Notes under the pieces: generated by a model | Seen by the model: only the letters and a program-made list of their open reading frames with translations | What the model was told of the DNA's origin: nothing | Database searches by the model: none | Made by a program: the position numbers and the translations under genes | In this document: piece by piece, positions 51,291-64,000 of the stretch | Position numbering within the stretch: position 1 is the stretch's first letter | How the letters are laid out: each line of letters opens with the position of its first letter | DNA from: Xylographa opegraphella | Taxonomy: Eukaryota | Assembly: GCA_022813865.1 (NCBI GenBank) | Contig: JALDZX010000021.1 | Coordinates: 124,001 to 188,000 of the forward strand | Length of the DNA: 64,000 bases | Direction of reading: 5' to 3'

Positions 51291-51648
51291 AAATTGCGCG
51301 TCCGGGATTGGCGATGGGCCAATTGCACCCAGCTTCATCTACACACCTCATTCTTCACATGGCCACTGTGTTTATAACACCGACCATTGTGAGCTATTCT
51401 GACGAAGAGTGCGAGCCAGTGTTGTTAATCATGCCGTTGATGCCCGATTTCAAGTGTGTTGTCTCATCTCCATATCTAAACAATGCTGGAGTGTTTACCT
51501 GTAGCTACGCCTACCTTTCGTACCATTTCCTATTTCTACTTCCTCGATAATACTGTAATGCTCCTTCATCTTTGATCTGGTCTTGAGAGTTTCCTTAGTG
51601 AAGACATACTCCTGGCTCGTCTGGATAATTCTAGTACTCTGTCTCGTC

Positions 51649-53506
51649 ATGGATACCGATGACTACGTGCCCCTGAAAACCATTTCGCTGGAGCCTGTCG
51701 AACCAGGCCTCCGCAGCCTTGCCCTTTCCATGACACCACCTGAGAAAACTTTGCCCGCATTCAACCCAGGGTGGCGCTTCTATCTTGCATTCGTTACGCT
51801 TTCTATCATCACGCTGGCTGCTGCATTGGATGCCACGACCTTGAGCGTGGCCTTGCCCATCATAGCTCACGACATTAACGGCACCGCTATTGAGGTCTTC
51901 TGGGCTGGGACCTCGTTCTTACTCTCATCGACCGTCTTTCAGCCTATCTTGGCCATGTTCTCGCATATTTCGGGCCGAAAGCCTCTGGTCTCGTCTCCCT
52001 TGGCCGGAGTATTGGCATTCGCTCATGGCATATAGGTATTGGTCTCGCTGGTTTTGTTCACCGTCGGAGCCATTGTAGCTGCCGTTGCACAGAACTTCAC
52101 CGTCTTGCTTGTCGGTCGCTCTATACAAGGCATAGGTGGCGGAGGTATTACCGTATTGAGTGAGATCATCGTCTCGGATCTTGTACCTTTGAGGCATCGC
52201 GGTAATTGGATGGGCTTCTTAGCTATGACGGTAATTATGCACACGAAAAGATTTCTTTATTCTAATTTGGATACTGAAATTCATGATTAAAGTGGGCCAT
52301 AGGCTCAACCGCAGGCCCAATTGTTGGCGGGTCGTTAGCGCAGAATCTCTCCTGGCGGTGGATCTTCTGGTGAGTATTCTGAGGATACGTGGCTTGCAGT
52401 ATCTGATCACCTGGTTCAGGATCAACCTTCCCTTTACTGGTGTTGGATTCGTCATGATCATCCTCTTCCTCAACCTCGGCTTCAGGCGGGGGAAGATCAT
52501 GGCTCAGCTCGCCCGTGTCGATTGGATCGGCTTGTTCCTCTTTATCACTTCAACCACATTCTTTATGATTCCGATCACATGGGGCGGCGTCATGTATGCG
52601 TGGAGCAGCTGGCAAACACTTCTCCCTCTTATCCTAGGCGGCGCCGGACTCGTATGCTTTGTGCTGTACGAGAACTATATCGCTGCAGAGCCTCTGCTCC
52701 GTCTGAGCATTTTCGGCAATTGGACCGCCCGAGTCACATATCTGCAGACAGTCATCCATGGCATGATCCTCTGGTCGATCGTTTACTTCTTGCCTCTCTA
52801 CTACGAAGCCGTCAAAGGCTACACTCCCATCGTCGCCGGCCTCGGCGCCTTTCCCGAGTCCCTCACCGTCGCTCCCGCCTCCGTCGCCACCGGCATCGCA
52901 ATCGCCATCACGGGCAGATACCGATGGAGCGTCTGGGCAGGCTGGCTCCTCACCACCGTCGGGTGCGGGCTCCTCTGCCTCCTCGACGTCGACACCTCCG
53001 TCGCCGGCTGGATATTCCTCAACATCGTGCCCGGCCTCGGCACCGGCATCCTCTTCTCCGCCATGAACTTCAGCCTGCAAGCCTCCAGCCGCAACCAAGA
53101 CATCGCCTTCGCAATCGCCTTCTTCGCCTTCTTCCGTTCCTTCGGCCAGACACTCGGCATCGCCGTCGGCGGCGTCATCTTCCAGAACCGGATCCGCACC
53201 GAACTGCTCACCTACCCGCTGCTGGCGGCCCACGCGGTGGAGTACGCCCAGGAAGCGTCGAGCCTGGTGCAGGTTATCCGTGCCATGGCGGACGGCTTGC
53301 CGCAGAAAGCGCTGCTGATCCAAGCGTACGCCGACAGCTTGAAGACGATCTGGATGGTGATGTGTGCGCTGTCCGCGGTGGCGCTGCTGAGCAGCGCGTT
53401 TGTGGAAGGGTACTCGCTGGATGTGGCGCATGAGACGGAACAGCGCTTTGAGGAGCGCAAGAAGAAGGCGGCAGGACGTGGAAGTCGCGGGGGGGCGAAG
53501 ATCTGA
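51649..53506 (+). CDS. MFS drug:H+ antiporter (DHA2/14-TMS type), 4 exons
   Basis: AAALDATTLSVALPII, WAGTSFLLSSTVFQP, GRSIQGIGGGG..IIVSDLVPLRHRG, GPIVGG..WRWIFWINLP, VDWIG and FFRSFGQTLGIAVGGVIFQN. Confidence 0.92.
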
Positions 53507-53536
53507 ACTGTGTTGGTAGGGGATCTCGAGTGTGGT

Positions 53537-53624
53537 TGTGTAATCAGAGCGATGGAGCTGTGTAATCATGGAGATGGAGCTGTGTAATCATGAAGATAGA
53601 GCTGTGTAATTATAGCGATAGAGC
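53537..53624 (+). repeat. 22-nt minisatellite, 4 imperfect copies (TGTGTAATCATGGAGATGGAGC)
   Basis: Units start at 53537, 53559, 53581 and 53603, head-to-tail with no spacers. Confidence 0.9.
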
Positions 53625-53798
53625 TTTTGCATAACGGCTCCATGTAATAAATCCCAACTTCGTCCATCATGTCCAAGACCCTTTGCTCAACGCCTGCTAG
53701 CTCAGACAAGAAGCATTGCCGATCCGTCCCTCATATACATAGTCAATCCCCTCAATCCACACCGCTGACACAACTGTCCTCCGCCCCCAATCATCCCA

Positions 53799-54242
53799 TC
53801 ACTCCTTCCTCCGCCCCCCGTCCCCGTCCCCGTCCCCGTCCCTCTTCACCCCCTCCTTCTCCATCTCCCTCCTCCTATCCCCACCCCCACCCCTCCGCTC
53901 CACAAACTCCCACCCCTCCTCCTCCCGCTCCTCCCCCTCATCATCCTCCAAACAAACATCCTCAAACCCCTCCCTCTCCACCCCCCCTCCCCTCCCCGCA
54001 GCATACACCGCCTCGCGAAAGGGATCATACTCCGTCCCCTGGCCCCTGCTCCGCGCTATACTCTCGATCGCAGGCGCGAGCGCTGCAGTGCTGCTCGTGT
54101 CGCCTCCTGCGGCGTGACTGTCGGGCAGGGGCTCGACGCGGGCGACGAGGCGGTCGGCGTGGTCGTGCGTGCATGTGTAGGGTGGCCCGCAGAGTGGGGG
54201 CTTGGTGCGGCTGGGGGAGGGCCAGAGGGAGGGGAGGGGCAT
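53799..54242 (-). CDS. Hypothetical protein (about 147 aa) with an acidic C-terminus
   Basis: ATG in CAAACCATG context; MPLPSLWPSP..PLCGPPYTCTHDH..EYDPFREAVY..EEEGWEFVE. The region is low complexity and no domain was recognised. Confidence 0.5.
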   Translation of the reverse strand: MPLPSLWPSPSRTKPPLCGPPYTCTHDHADRLVARVEPLPDSHAAGGDTSSTAALAPAIESIARSRGQGTEYDPFREAVYAAGRGGGVEREGFEDVCLEDDEGEEREEEGWEFVERRGGGGDRRREMEKEGVKRDGDGDGDGGRRKE

Positions 54243-54925
54243 GGTTTGCTGGGTGGGTGAGGTGGAGTGGAGGCTGGTGGGTTGGCGGGACGGGGAGGGG
54301 AGGTGGGAAGTGGTTATCGTGGGTGGAGGGAGGTTGTTGGCTGGGGAGGGAGGGCTGCTGGGGGGCAGAATGCTGGAGGTAATGATAGCGAGTGGGTTTT
54401 GTGCCGTGGTTGAGTAATGAGCGGCCAAGGTCTGAGCAAGACTGTCGAAGTGGAGGTTTTGGGAAAGCAGATGTGGTTGGCTGGAAGGGCGGGCGAGGGT
54501 CCTTCATTATATTGTTCTCGAAGTTGCGGTTTAGACTGCACGAGAAGGTCGGCGATCAAACGGTCCGTTGCGAGTAGCCATGCGCGCGGCGATTTGGGTT
54601 TCGACGGGAACTTTCAACTTGTGGTGCAAAGGAACTCAACAAGCGAAGCATAAACAGTGCATGAGCGGCTTGGATAAACATAAACTATCTACAGATAATG
54701 GAGCACACTTGCTAAAGTCGAATTGGACTCCAAATATATCGGGAGTAACAGAATAACGAGCGCTTCCCTATGGGAGAAGGAAGCCACAGTATGAGACGTG
54801 CAAGGACAATGCCCTTTGGTATCACGAAAGCGTGGCCCGACCAGCATACCAAGGAGATTCATGGGACCAGCAAGCAGTAACGACCGTTGTCCTCTTTTAA
54901 ACCCAAAAAGTATAGCCAGTGTCGA

Positions 54926-56866
54926 CTATAGATCTATCAAACTACCTCCACCATGCGCTTGCTGCTGCTGTTGATGCTGCTGTGCGCCAAAGGGATTGTT
55001 ATTGGTCGGTGCAAATGGGCTGCCACCGAAGCCATTGATGCCTGCGGGTCCGGTTTGCGCTGGCATCATTCGGTTCTGCTGCTGCCCAAAGCCACCAGGC
55101 GAAGACACGTTCTGTGGACCTCCTGTGAATTGCTGGCTGAAGAACGGATTGTTGCCCGTCTGAGCAGCGTGTAGTCGATTCAAACCTTGGCCTGCGCTAT
55201 TGACAAAAGTTCCTGGGGCTGTATGCTGGGAAGGTATGCGTGTCTCGCCTGTATTCCCGAAAGTATCCATACCTTCGCCAGAGGCAAGAAGGGCATTAAG
55301 ACGAGCGTGCTGAGGATTCATCTCCTTTTGTGGAGTAGCTGCTTGTTGAGGGACATAATTTGTGATTGGATTGTACGAGGCCTGATTGTTAAATTGCGTT
55401 TGAGTTCTCTGCTCAGCCAAAGAATTAAGAGTTGGCGGACTGCTTTGCTGCTGTTGTATTTGTGGGCGACCGAAAGACGAGCCAAATGGGTTGTTTGAAC
55501 CAGTCGGTGCAGGCTTCATAGCCTCCAGGCTGGGCTGTGGATTGGCAGCCCATGGATTGTGGCTTCCAGCCGTTGGAGAGGAAACTTGTGGTGTTTGTTG
55601 CTGGAATTGATTGCCAAAGTCGTTAGACGGCTGAGCGTACGGATTAGTCATATTGAAAGCAGTTTGCTGTGGCTGGATCGTGTTCTGCTGTGGCATATAA
55701 TTTGGCTGCTGCTGTTGAAACTGTGATTGATCAAACCCAGTCTGTTGTGGCTGAAAGCCGTTCTGATAGCCGTTCTGAAAGCCTGTGGGTTGATTTTGAA
55801 ATCCTTGCTGAGAGTAAGCATTATTAAGGAAGCCAGTCGATTGTTGCTGTTGTTGCTGCGGTTGCTGATCCACTGGATTACCAAACCAATCAACAGCACC
55901 TTGCTGCTGGTAGCCCTGATTATAGCCGGTGTATTGCGGTTGAGTGCTTGGAGTTGGGGCCGAAGTATTATCAAAGAGAGAATTTGCATTGCTTTCCTCG
56001 AGTTCTCGTCTTCTTAGCTCTTCTTCCTCCTTGCTCAGCTTTATCGCTTTCGCAAGGTCATCATCATCTCCGCCGGCGACAACCCTGCTTTCCCGGCGCT
56101 TTTTATCTTCTTCGGCCTCGTTCATGCTAGCTTCGATAGCAAGTCGGTATTCCAAATCGTCCTCGTCTGAGCGTTGTGCACGGTGCCGCTCTGGTTTTCG
56201 TCGAGGACTGCTCGTTTCTCCCCCGGAGCCTTGTGGTCCAAACTCCTCGATCCCAGTCACTCTTGATTTCCACGTTTTCCGATCCTGTCTCTCAGTTCGT
56301 AGTCGTTCTTCATCCATGATCAACGAAGTAAGCTCTTTAGCAGACACTCGTACTAAGAATCATGAGCATTAGATACCAAGGATAGTTTGTCTTACGTACC
56401 ATTCAGACCTACATCATGCCCATCATCGTCAACATACTGAAATTCCCTCAGAGTCTTGATGACATAGTTATTTTTCCGTGCCCATGTAACTACAAGCTCT
56501 GAACCCTCATGAAGGCAATAGTCGAGGACCTTCAGTGACTTGAGTACATGGCGCCAGTTCTTGCCTTTGTCGTTGAGCCTCTTATCAAGCATGTCCATTA
56601 TCTCATAGAAGTCGTTTGAGCTATAGCTAGTTTAGCTCTCAGATCGTTACCTTGAGCATGATACGGCATACCCATTGAAGGTGAGTTGAGCGATCTCGCT
56701 CATCTCAGTCCCTGTCGGTCCCCAAGCATCGTTACTAGTAGCTGTGTATTTTCGTCAAACGTGGCGCTTTGGGAGAAGGAGAGCTATAAGTACCATTGCG
56801 GACCTTGACCTGTACATGGGAGTATCCCTTCGTCACGTTCTTCACCCCCCGTATCACTTTGGACAT
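54926..56866 (-). CDS. ENT2: Epsin (ENTH domain, two UIMs, NPF motifs, C-terminal clathrin-binding LIDL), 4 exons
   Basis: MSKVIRGVKNVTKGYSHVQVKVRNATSNDAWGP; KRLNDKGKNWRHVLKSLKVLDY; UIMs LAIEASMNE and DDDLAKAIKLSKEEE; NNPF repeats; ends GGSLIDL*. Confidence 0.95.
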
Positions 56867-58550
56867 AGCTATGCAATGATACGCAACGACCTAAGATTGG
56901 TCTTTCCTTCGCTTGAAATTGGCAGCTTCGCTGAGCTTCGCTGGCCGGATCCCAAGAGAGAGTCCGGTGATGGATGCACAGCAGATCGAACCTCTCCAAC
57001 AGCTTAAGCCGCACTTCTCGGTGTTATGAGATAGCGCAGGGTAAGGTAACGTAGGTGGTCGGGAATTTCGTGATAGATTCGGGCCGTCGAGGCTTACGGT
57101 TTGTATGCAAAGATGAAAGATGGATAGCTGTATATTGCGATTACAGACGGAGAATGCTCAGCGTATGAAGATGCAAGAAGTAAGAGCTAGATATTGAGAC
57201 GGCGGAATAATGGCGATGACGACGGCCTTTTCGAAGCTCTAAAGTCGTCTCCGTCCTAGCTTGGCTCTTGGCTCCGCTCGGCTAAAAGGTGGGCCCGAGG
57301 CCGCGGATAGATTCGGAGCAGAGGCAGGATGCGGCCATAACGAAACTTACGCTGTTCAAGTTTTGGTACAGACTCTTAGTCTTTGTTTTAAGGACCCGAA
57401 GTAGATCGTACAATGTCCAGAGACCCCCATGAGGCTGTGTGATTGGAGAAGGACAGGTGCTGCTACTATGCCTCGCGTTAGCCTGCTCCGTCGAAGACCG
57501 GCTCTCAGACCAGCTCACAGACAGAGCATTGGATGAAGAAAGTTTTCTTCGTCTTAATATAACAGCAACATAATATCTCACGAATCATAATAAACATTCT
57601 GTCCTTCAGAGCGTGCTTGTTTCGCTTCCTTCCTGAACCGCGATTGGTCGTCTATGATTTATTTCAAGTCTTTCATCTTCAAACATAGTCGTGTAACGCT
57701 ATGCTCGCCGAACCCCTGCTTTGAACAATGTCTTCTCATATAGCTTTCTGTATCCGATTACCAAGAGTGCATTCGACGCCTTCTAAGCATTACAATCCCT
57801 ATTCCAGAAAACTACCTTCCACAATGTTACCGTATCCCCGTCTGCGACAATGTCATAACGTTGATCCCTGACTTCAACCCGCTTGGGGTCCGGCCCATTC
57901 TGCGTGGTCCTTTGCCTCTGCCATCACTGTCATGTCCCTTTCCACATTCGCAATCCCAATGAGCCCCGCATTGCCCCTCAGTCTGAGGAAGCCCTCGTCA
58001 GCTTTGCAACCTTTTGTGTATATCCTTGCTCCTATGGCAATAGACATCATCTCATATGACGGATGGCTATTGCTGTGCATTGTGCTGTAAAATTAAAGAA
58101 AGGAAAAAGGAAATGCACGATCGAAGAAAGGGGACAGGATTGGCAGGCAGGCACAGATGATGCGGAGGGGAGAACGGAGGAAAGAGTAGATATCTGTCGG
58201 GACTCTTGTATGGGTGAGTTCGAGGGAGGAGATGGACAAGATGAAGACAATTTGGATGGTAGAGACTTTGCAGCCGCTGTACTAAAAGGAAGGAGTTGGC
58301 CGATTTTGAGATCCGGGTGTAAAAGGCTTTGAAAGAGTATGAAGTGGTGAGAGCGGAGGGGAGGCAGTTGAAAAGACAACCAGCGCCTAAACTGAAAAAG
58401 AAATATGGAGCAAGCAAGATAATCACATAAAAAGTGTTGAAGTCTGAATGGATGTTCTTCTGTATGTATAGATCAGGCAATGACAAACCATCTCTCAGGA
58501 TTAGTGCTGTGAGCATAATGGCATTAATATCATTCATCTATCAGGTTCAT

Positions 58551-60032
58551 CTAGGCAGCAAATACTCTCACACTTAGATCCACACTCCCCGTAGCAATCA
58601 CACAGCGTATACTCTCCTTCACCCCGCCTGGATCGTCCTTCTTGCTTGCCCCGCTCACCTCACCGTTTGTCGGTGTCGCTTTCGCAATCCCGGGTGCCCA
58701 GCGTATACAGCTTACAAAATGTCCGTGCACATCATCAATCGTCTTCACGCATTTGCATTCTTGGCTTAGGTCCCAACAGCGGATTGTCTTGTCATCGCTG
58801 ACACTGAGCAGATACTTGCCACCAGGATGAAAGAGAAGCCCCCGAACCCAGTTGTCATGGCCAAGTAGTGTCTTGATCAGGCTCCCTCGGGAGTCCCAGA
58901 TCTTGATGCTTTTGTCTCGGGATCCTGTTGCTAAAAATTCTCCTGAGCTGCTAGCGGCAGGTGGTTTCTTTAACCCAGCAAGCGTGGCCAGATAGCCGTA
59001 TGAGGCCGCTGGAGCAAAGATACAGCACTCGATGACGTGCTCGTGGCCGACGAATGTGGCCTTAACTTCGCCAGAGGTTGCATCCCATAGGCGGGCTGTC
59101 TGATCATTTCCAGCGGAAAGAAGCCACCGGCCATCAAAACTGGGCGCCACGTCACGAACCCAGTCGACATGACTATGCAGTGTTTTGACACAGTATCCCG
59201 TTGATACGTCCCATATCCGAAGGGTTTTGTCACGAGACGCAGAGACAAGCAAGTTTCCAGAAGCTGGAGACCCAGCAGCACCCGACGGAATGAAACGTAC
59301 GGCAGACACCGAATGATCATGCCCTGGTAATGTGCGGATGTTCTTGTACTCATCACTTGGGTCCCAAAGCTTGATAGTCAGATCCGAGGAGCAAGAGGCG
59401 AGGAGTGTACCACCTCGGGGGCCACCATAATCAACACCCAAGACGGTCTTAGTATGTCCTTTCACTGTGCGTTCCAGTTCTCCAAGTTCCCAATCCCATA
59501 TCTTGATGCTTGTGTCCTCCGACCCAGAAGCAAGCGAAGAGAATATAGGATGGAATGCTACGCATGTGACTGGTCCTCGGTGCGATTCTAGTGTATGACG
59601 AGCTGGCGATCGTGGAAGCCATGTAGTTGGGTCTTTGTTCCTCTGAGACAAAGACGTGGGAGTAGCCGAGTCGAGCTCAGATTGTAGTGCTGCATTTCGG
59701 GACTCAAGATCCATTATCTGCCACCCGTCAGACGTTCTCCGCGGATAACATTTCCTTGGGTATAGTGACAGACCTTTTTCTGCAATCGAACCACACTGGT
59801 CCACTTCTTCTCCAACAGACCTTCATACTTTTTGCTCGTTGCATCGTCAAAGCTATCACCGATATTGAGATCGCGCCGGAGCCCAGCTGCGCTTTGTGGT
59901 TGGTGTATGGACGTCAAATATGCTATGATAGCCTTGTGACTGATGAACTGTTAGTCTCTGGTGATGGTAGCGATGGTATACAATGCTTACGCACAGCTCC
60001 TCAGCTTGCCTCGTAGTAAGAAGCTGGCTCAT
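58551..60032 (-). CDS. nudF: LIS1/NudF/Pac1 dynein regulator (LisH, coiled coil, WD40), 3 exons
   Basis: [64 protein letters not shown] repeats ending [16 protein letters not shown]. Confidence 0.96.
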
Positions 60033-60640
60033 AGCGATGGTCGGCATACATTGAATTATGGACAGCGCCGCTGCTGCGGAAACAATCCAGGCTGATCAAG
60101 ATGGGTAAATCTCTCTATAGATGTACTTATATATCCATATCCTTTGTTGTTATTTTTTTGAAGACAACAGATGTTGGTAAGTACTTGGGATAGATATCCG
60201 GAATCGTGCTCTGTGCGCCGGGCCAGTGTGAAACCGTTTGTAGCAGAAAGGGCTTTGGTCAACGTGAAAACTACAGCGTCCTGCCGTCTCTACCTTATGA
60301 TAATGCTGGTTGCAGGTTCGTCAATTGTTCTTGCAAGGATGTCGTGAGGCTTGAGGGATGCAGCTGCAACGCGCTAGGATTCCCGCAAGCCCTACGCCAT
60401 TGTTGACAATCTGATCTGACGAAACAGGCATCACGCCTATTGACAGCACCACTGTACTTTTGACGACATACAAAGAGCTTTCACCATCTTCCTACAGCGC
60501 AGGCCTTTGTACGACGTGATACCGGCGTTTACGGATTCTGCACTAAAGCACTCAAATATCTGCTGAGAAGATTGCCCCAATCAGCAAAAGGCAACACAGG
60601 AACTCGGCGCATCGAGGTTTAGTCTGCTCAGAGCCATCAT

Positions 60641-63477
60641 ATGGCGGAACAGGAGGAGGACTTCAGCTCCCTCCCACTGCCAGATCGTTTTGTACACAAG
60701 GTAGGTTGTGCGCCATAAGCAGTTATAGCTTGGACCAAGCCAACCCATTAACGAAGCGATAGAATTGGAAAGTCCGAAAACAAGGCTACGAGGATGCTGC
60801 GAAGGCGTTTCAAAGCACACCTGATGAATCTGATCCAGTATTCAGGCCTTTCATACTGGATTCTGGATTATGGAAGGGTGCTGTAGCAGACTCGAATGTG
60901 GCTGCACAACAGGAGGGTATTAATGCGTTATGTTCATTCCTCAAGTATGGAGGTCGAGATGGCTGTATGAGGTATATCAGGCGTAGGCTCTTAAAAACGA
61001 TCTATGCTTAGGGTGCTTAGGACTCGGAACTCCACTATTACACCCATATTCGAAAAAGGGCTATCCTCGACACGTGCTGCGACGAAGCAGAGTTCCTTAG
61101 AAGCGCTACTATTATATGTTGAGTTGGACAAAGCTGATCCGGTCATTGAAGAACTTCTCCCTGCTCTTTCCAACAAACAGCCGAAAATCATTGCTGCCAC
61201 TCTCTCTGCATTTACTTCGATCTACCACGCCTATGGGGTCAAGATAGTGGACCCCAAACCCGTACTCAAGGCACTACCGAAGATTTTTGGTCATGCCGAC
61301 AAAAATGTTCGAGCTGAAGCGTCGAATCTCGTCGTCGAGCTGTATAGATGGCTCCGGGAAGCGATCAAAACACTCTTCTGGAACGATCTCAAGCCAGTCC
61401 AACAACAAGACCTGGAGAAGCTATTTGAAGTCGTGAAGCAAGAACCTCAACCAAAGCAGGAGAGATTGTTACGGACACAACAGGCAGCTATCGCTGCAGC
61501 TCCAGCGGCTGGAGGAGGAAATGACTACGAAGCGGAAGGGCAAGAGGACGAAGGGGAAGCGGAAGTAGATGCTTTCGATCTCGCCGAGCCCATGGACGTT
61601 GTCAGCAAGATACCGCCAGACTTCTATGAAAATCTCGCTTCGACGAAATGGAAAGACAGGAAGGAGGCATTAGATGCTTTGTATGCCGTGGTCAAGGTCG
61701 ACCGGATAAAAGACGGACATTTCGATGAAATGGTATCAATTTTTGCTAAGTGTATGAAAGACGCCAACATTGCCGTCGTGACAGTGGCCGCGAATTGTGT
61801 CGAGGCTTTAGCCAATGGTCTACGCAAAAGTTTCGCCAAATATCGGGGAAGGATTATGTCACCCATGCTCGAGCGCCTAAAGGAGAAGAAGCAATCGGTA
61901 GCTGATGCTCTTGGAGCAGCGCTGGACGCAGTCTTCGCATCCACGAGTCTTTCCGACTGTTTGGAAGAAATGCTCGAGTTTTTGAAGCACAAGAACCCGC
62001 AAGTTAAGCTAGAAACTCTTCGATTTCTCATCCGATGCCTCAAAACTACCCGAGTAGCACCTTTAAAGGCTGAGACGAAGTCAATAGCTGATGCTGCTAC
62101 GAAGCTTCTGACAGAATCAACAGAGGTGACGAGATCAGGCGGAGCAGAAATATTAGGCACTCTAATGAAGATCATGGGTGAAAGAGCTATGAACCCTTAC
62201 CTTGAAGGCCTCGACGAGATTCGAAAGACTAAAATCAAAGAGTACTTTGACGCCGCGGAGGTGAAGGCGAAAGACAAACCGAAACCAGTCGCACCTCCGC
62301 CTAAAGTAGCGCCTGCTCCACAAAAGAAGGTGTTTGGCAAGAAAGCTGTGACAGGCGTAAAGAAAGCTCCTCCCCGGGCCGCTACTCCCCAAGAAGATCC
62401 TCCGCCTCCTCCGACCACAAAGCCCGCTGCAAGCCGAGGCATTCCATCCAAACTTGGCAGTGTCCCTAGGTCGGGTCTCGCAGCGCCATCAGGCGCTCTC
62501 AAGTTACAGAAGAGACTGGTCGGCCCTGCCGGTGCTTCTGTTCCTGTTCTCTCATCACCTCAACGCAACATTCCCACTCCAACCTTTGACGACGAAGCCA
62601 TCCCACCCCCCAAGCTCGGCCTTGGCGGCCGAGGCCTCGCAGGACGCCCTCTAGGAAAGCCTGTATCTGCTCAGTCCGAATCCACCGCCCCTCCTCCTGC
62701 TATACTTGGTATGAGCGCCATCGAACGAGCCGAACTCGAAGAACTTCGGGCGGAGAAAGAACGCCTGCAGAAACTAATGGAGGACCTCCGCGCCGACAAA
62801 TCGCGACACATGTCGCAGATCAACGAGCTGCAGAACCAAAACGCGCAGCTCATCGAAGACCATACCCGAGATGTGCTCAGTATCAAAGCCAAGGAGACCC
62901 AGCTCGTGCGCGCCCGCTCGGACGCCGAAGCCGCCGAGCAGACGGTGCAGAAGCAGCAGCGGGAGATGGAGCGCTTGAAGCGGGAGCTGAGTCGCGTGAC
63001 GCGGGCGGAGACGCCTCCTATGGGCATGGACGCCGGAGACCATATCTACCGCGACACGGGCATGGGTATGAACGGGACGAATCACATCGTCAGCGGAGTG
63101 GACCGGTACGAGAGCAGTCGGGCGAGCAGAGAGCTGGGCTATCAGCGCGCGAGGAGCTATATGAGTAGCCCGAGCGAAGAGAAAGAGAACGGGGGATTGG
63201 ACGCGCAGCGGGGCAAGCTGGGTAGTCCGGAGAGCAGAGGTAGAGATGTGAGCGATGGGGCGAGGAGCAGGGGAGACAGTCCAGGCAGGGGCCCGGAGGG
63301 AAGGGATAGCGTGACGGGGCAGCCGATTGAGAGCTGGAGAAGAGCGGCGGAGGTGACGAGTCAGTTGAAGGCGAGGATTGAGCAGATGAAGGTACGTTGT
63401 GGGATGAGAGCAAGTGTTGAGAAGACGTGAGACTGACGAATGTGTAGGCACGACAGGCATTGACAAGACCGCATTGA
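60641..63477 (+). CDS. STU2: XMAP215/Dis1 TOG-domain microtubule polymerase (Stu2/AlpA), 4 exons
   Basis: MAEQEEDFSSLPLPDRFVHK|NWKVRK; TOG HEAT motifs GHADKNVRAEA, STKWKDRKEALD, KDANIAVV, KEKKQSV and HKNPQVK; C-terminal coiled coil and ESWRRAAEVTSQLKARIEQMK|ARQ. Confidence 0.95.
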
Positions 63478-63784
63478 GATTGCATGGGGAGAGGTGTTCA
63501 TTTACGATGAGCATGAGCTATGAGGTGCTGATCATGATACCAATGGCGCTGGGAGGCGTCAATGAAATTGGTAGCTTCCTCTACGTGAAGCTTTTGGCAA
63601 TGGTCTCATTGTCGGTCGCCCTATTGAGAAAGCCTAGTTTCCATTAAGCACTATAATGTGGTCCCAGAATCATCGTAATGTTAGACGGGTGGACAGTGCT
63701 ACATAAACATAGCTTCCTGCACAGAGTTCCGAATCTCGTGAAGCTCGTCTCCTGCTATTGTGCCATGATTGTCGGTAGTTAGGC

Positions 63785-63986
63785 TCATATCTTGATCGCA
63801 CTTTCCAAAGCCTTGCGCTTCTTCTCCTGTGAGGCAACAGCCTTTGCACCCATTATTCCTCCACCCCAGTGACGCTTAGCTTCCTCGTTCTTTTCACTGT
63901 ATCCTTCTTTGATAGCAGAGACAAGCTTGGAGAATTCCGATTTATCTTCCGAGCGGACTTCAGTCAATGCAAGGACTGCAGCAGTC
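63785..63986 (-). CDS. RPL8: 60S ribosomal protein eL8 (L7a/L8), last exon only; the gene continues beyond the window
   Basis: TAAVLALTEVRSEDKSEFSKLVSAIKEGY..KRHWGGGIMGAKA matches the eL8 C-terminus. Confidence 0.92.
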
Positions 63987-64000
63987 TGATTCATTGTGAT

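Noticed and set aside
52522..53569. Long overlapping ORFs (303 aa on + and 311 aa on -) over the MFS gene
   Set aside because: They arise from GC-rich codon bias that removes stops; the translations are Arg/His/Gly-rich with no motifs.
53537..53624. 22-nt repeats as a CRISPR array
   Set aside because: The units are contiguous with no unique spacers, there are no cas genes, and the context is eukaryotic.
51649..54428. MFS transporter as a marker of a secondary-metabolite cluster
   Set aside because: There is no PKS, NRPS, terpene synthase or tailoring enzyme nearby; the neighbours are housekeeping genes.
57600..58540. Short ORFs between epsin and nudF
   Set aside because: They have no recognisable motifs and conflict across strands; this is likely UTR or intergenic sequence.

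Overview
This window is gene-dense, intron-containing DNA from a filamentous ascomycete (Pezizomycotina-type GT-AG introns with CTAAC/CTGAC branch sites). It is not prokaryotic, and I see no CRISPR array or intact transposon. Left block (0.1-22.7 kb): SDR oxidoreductase, Nup98-Nup96, complex I 51-kDa subunit, Mn-SOD, RGP1, RRG9, ATP5, a GH63-family glycosidase and COX12. The middle block (22.7-42.6 kb) is more accessory: unassigned spacer DNA, FBP1, an intron-containing tRNA-Pro(UGG), a secreted peroxidase-WSC protein, a frameshifted membrane-protein pseudogene, a small secreted Cys-rich protein and a phytase-type histidine acid phosphatase. Right block: CDC24, an FWD-1/beta-TrCP-like F-box/WD40 protein with polyQ, an MFS transporter, an orphan ORF, epsin, nudF/LIS1, Stu2/XMAP215 and the 3' end of RPL8. 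I found no clearly new multi-gene system. The most notable signals are a 3-nt micro-exon in COX12, a GC-AG intron in ATP5, a retainable stop-carrying intron in Nup98-96, gluconeogenic and phosphate regulon motifs in the expected promoters, and recurrent C-to-G skew switch points. Exon boundaries were read by eye and need RNA-seq confirmation.
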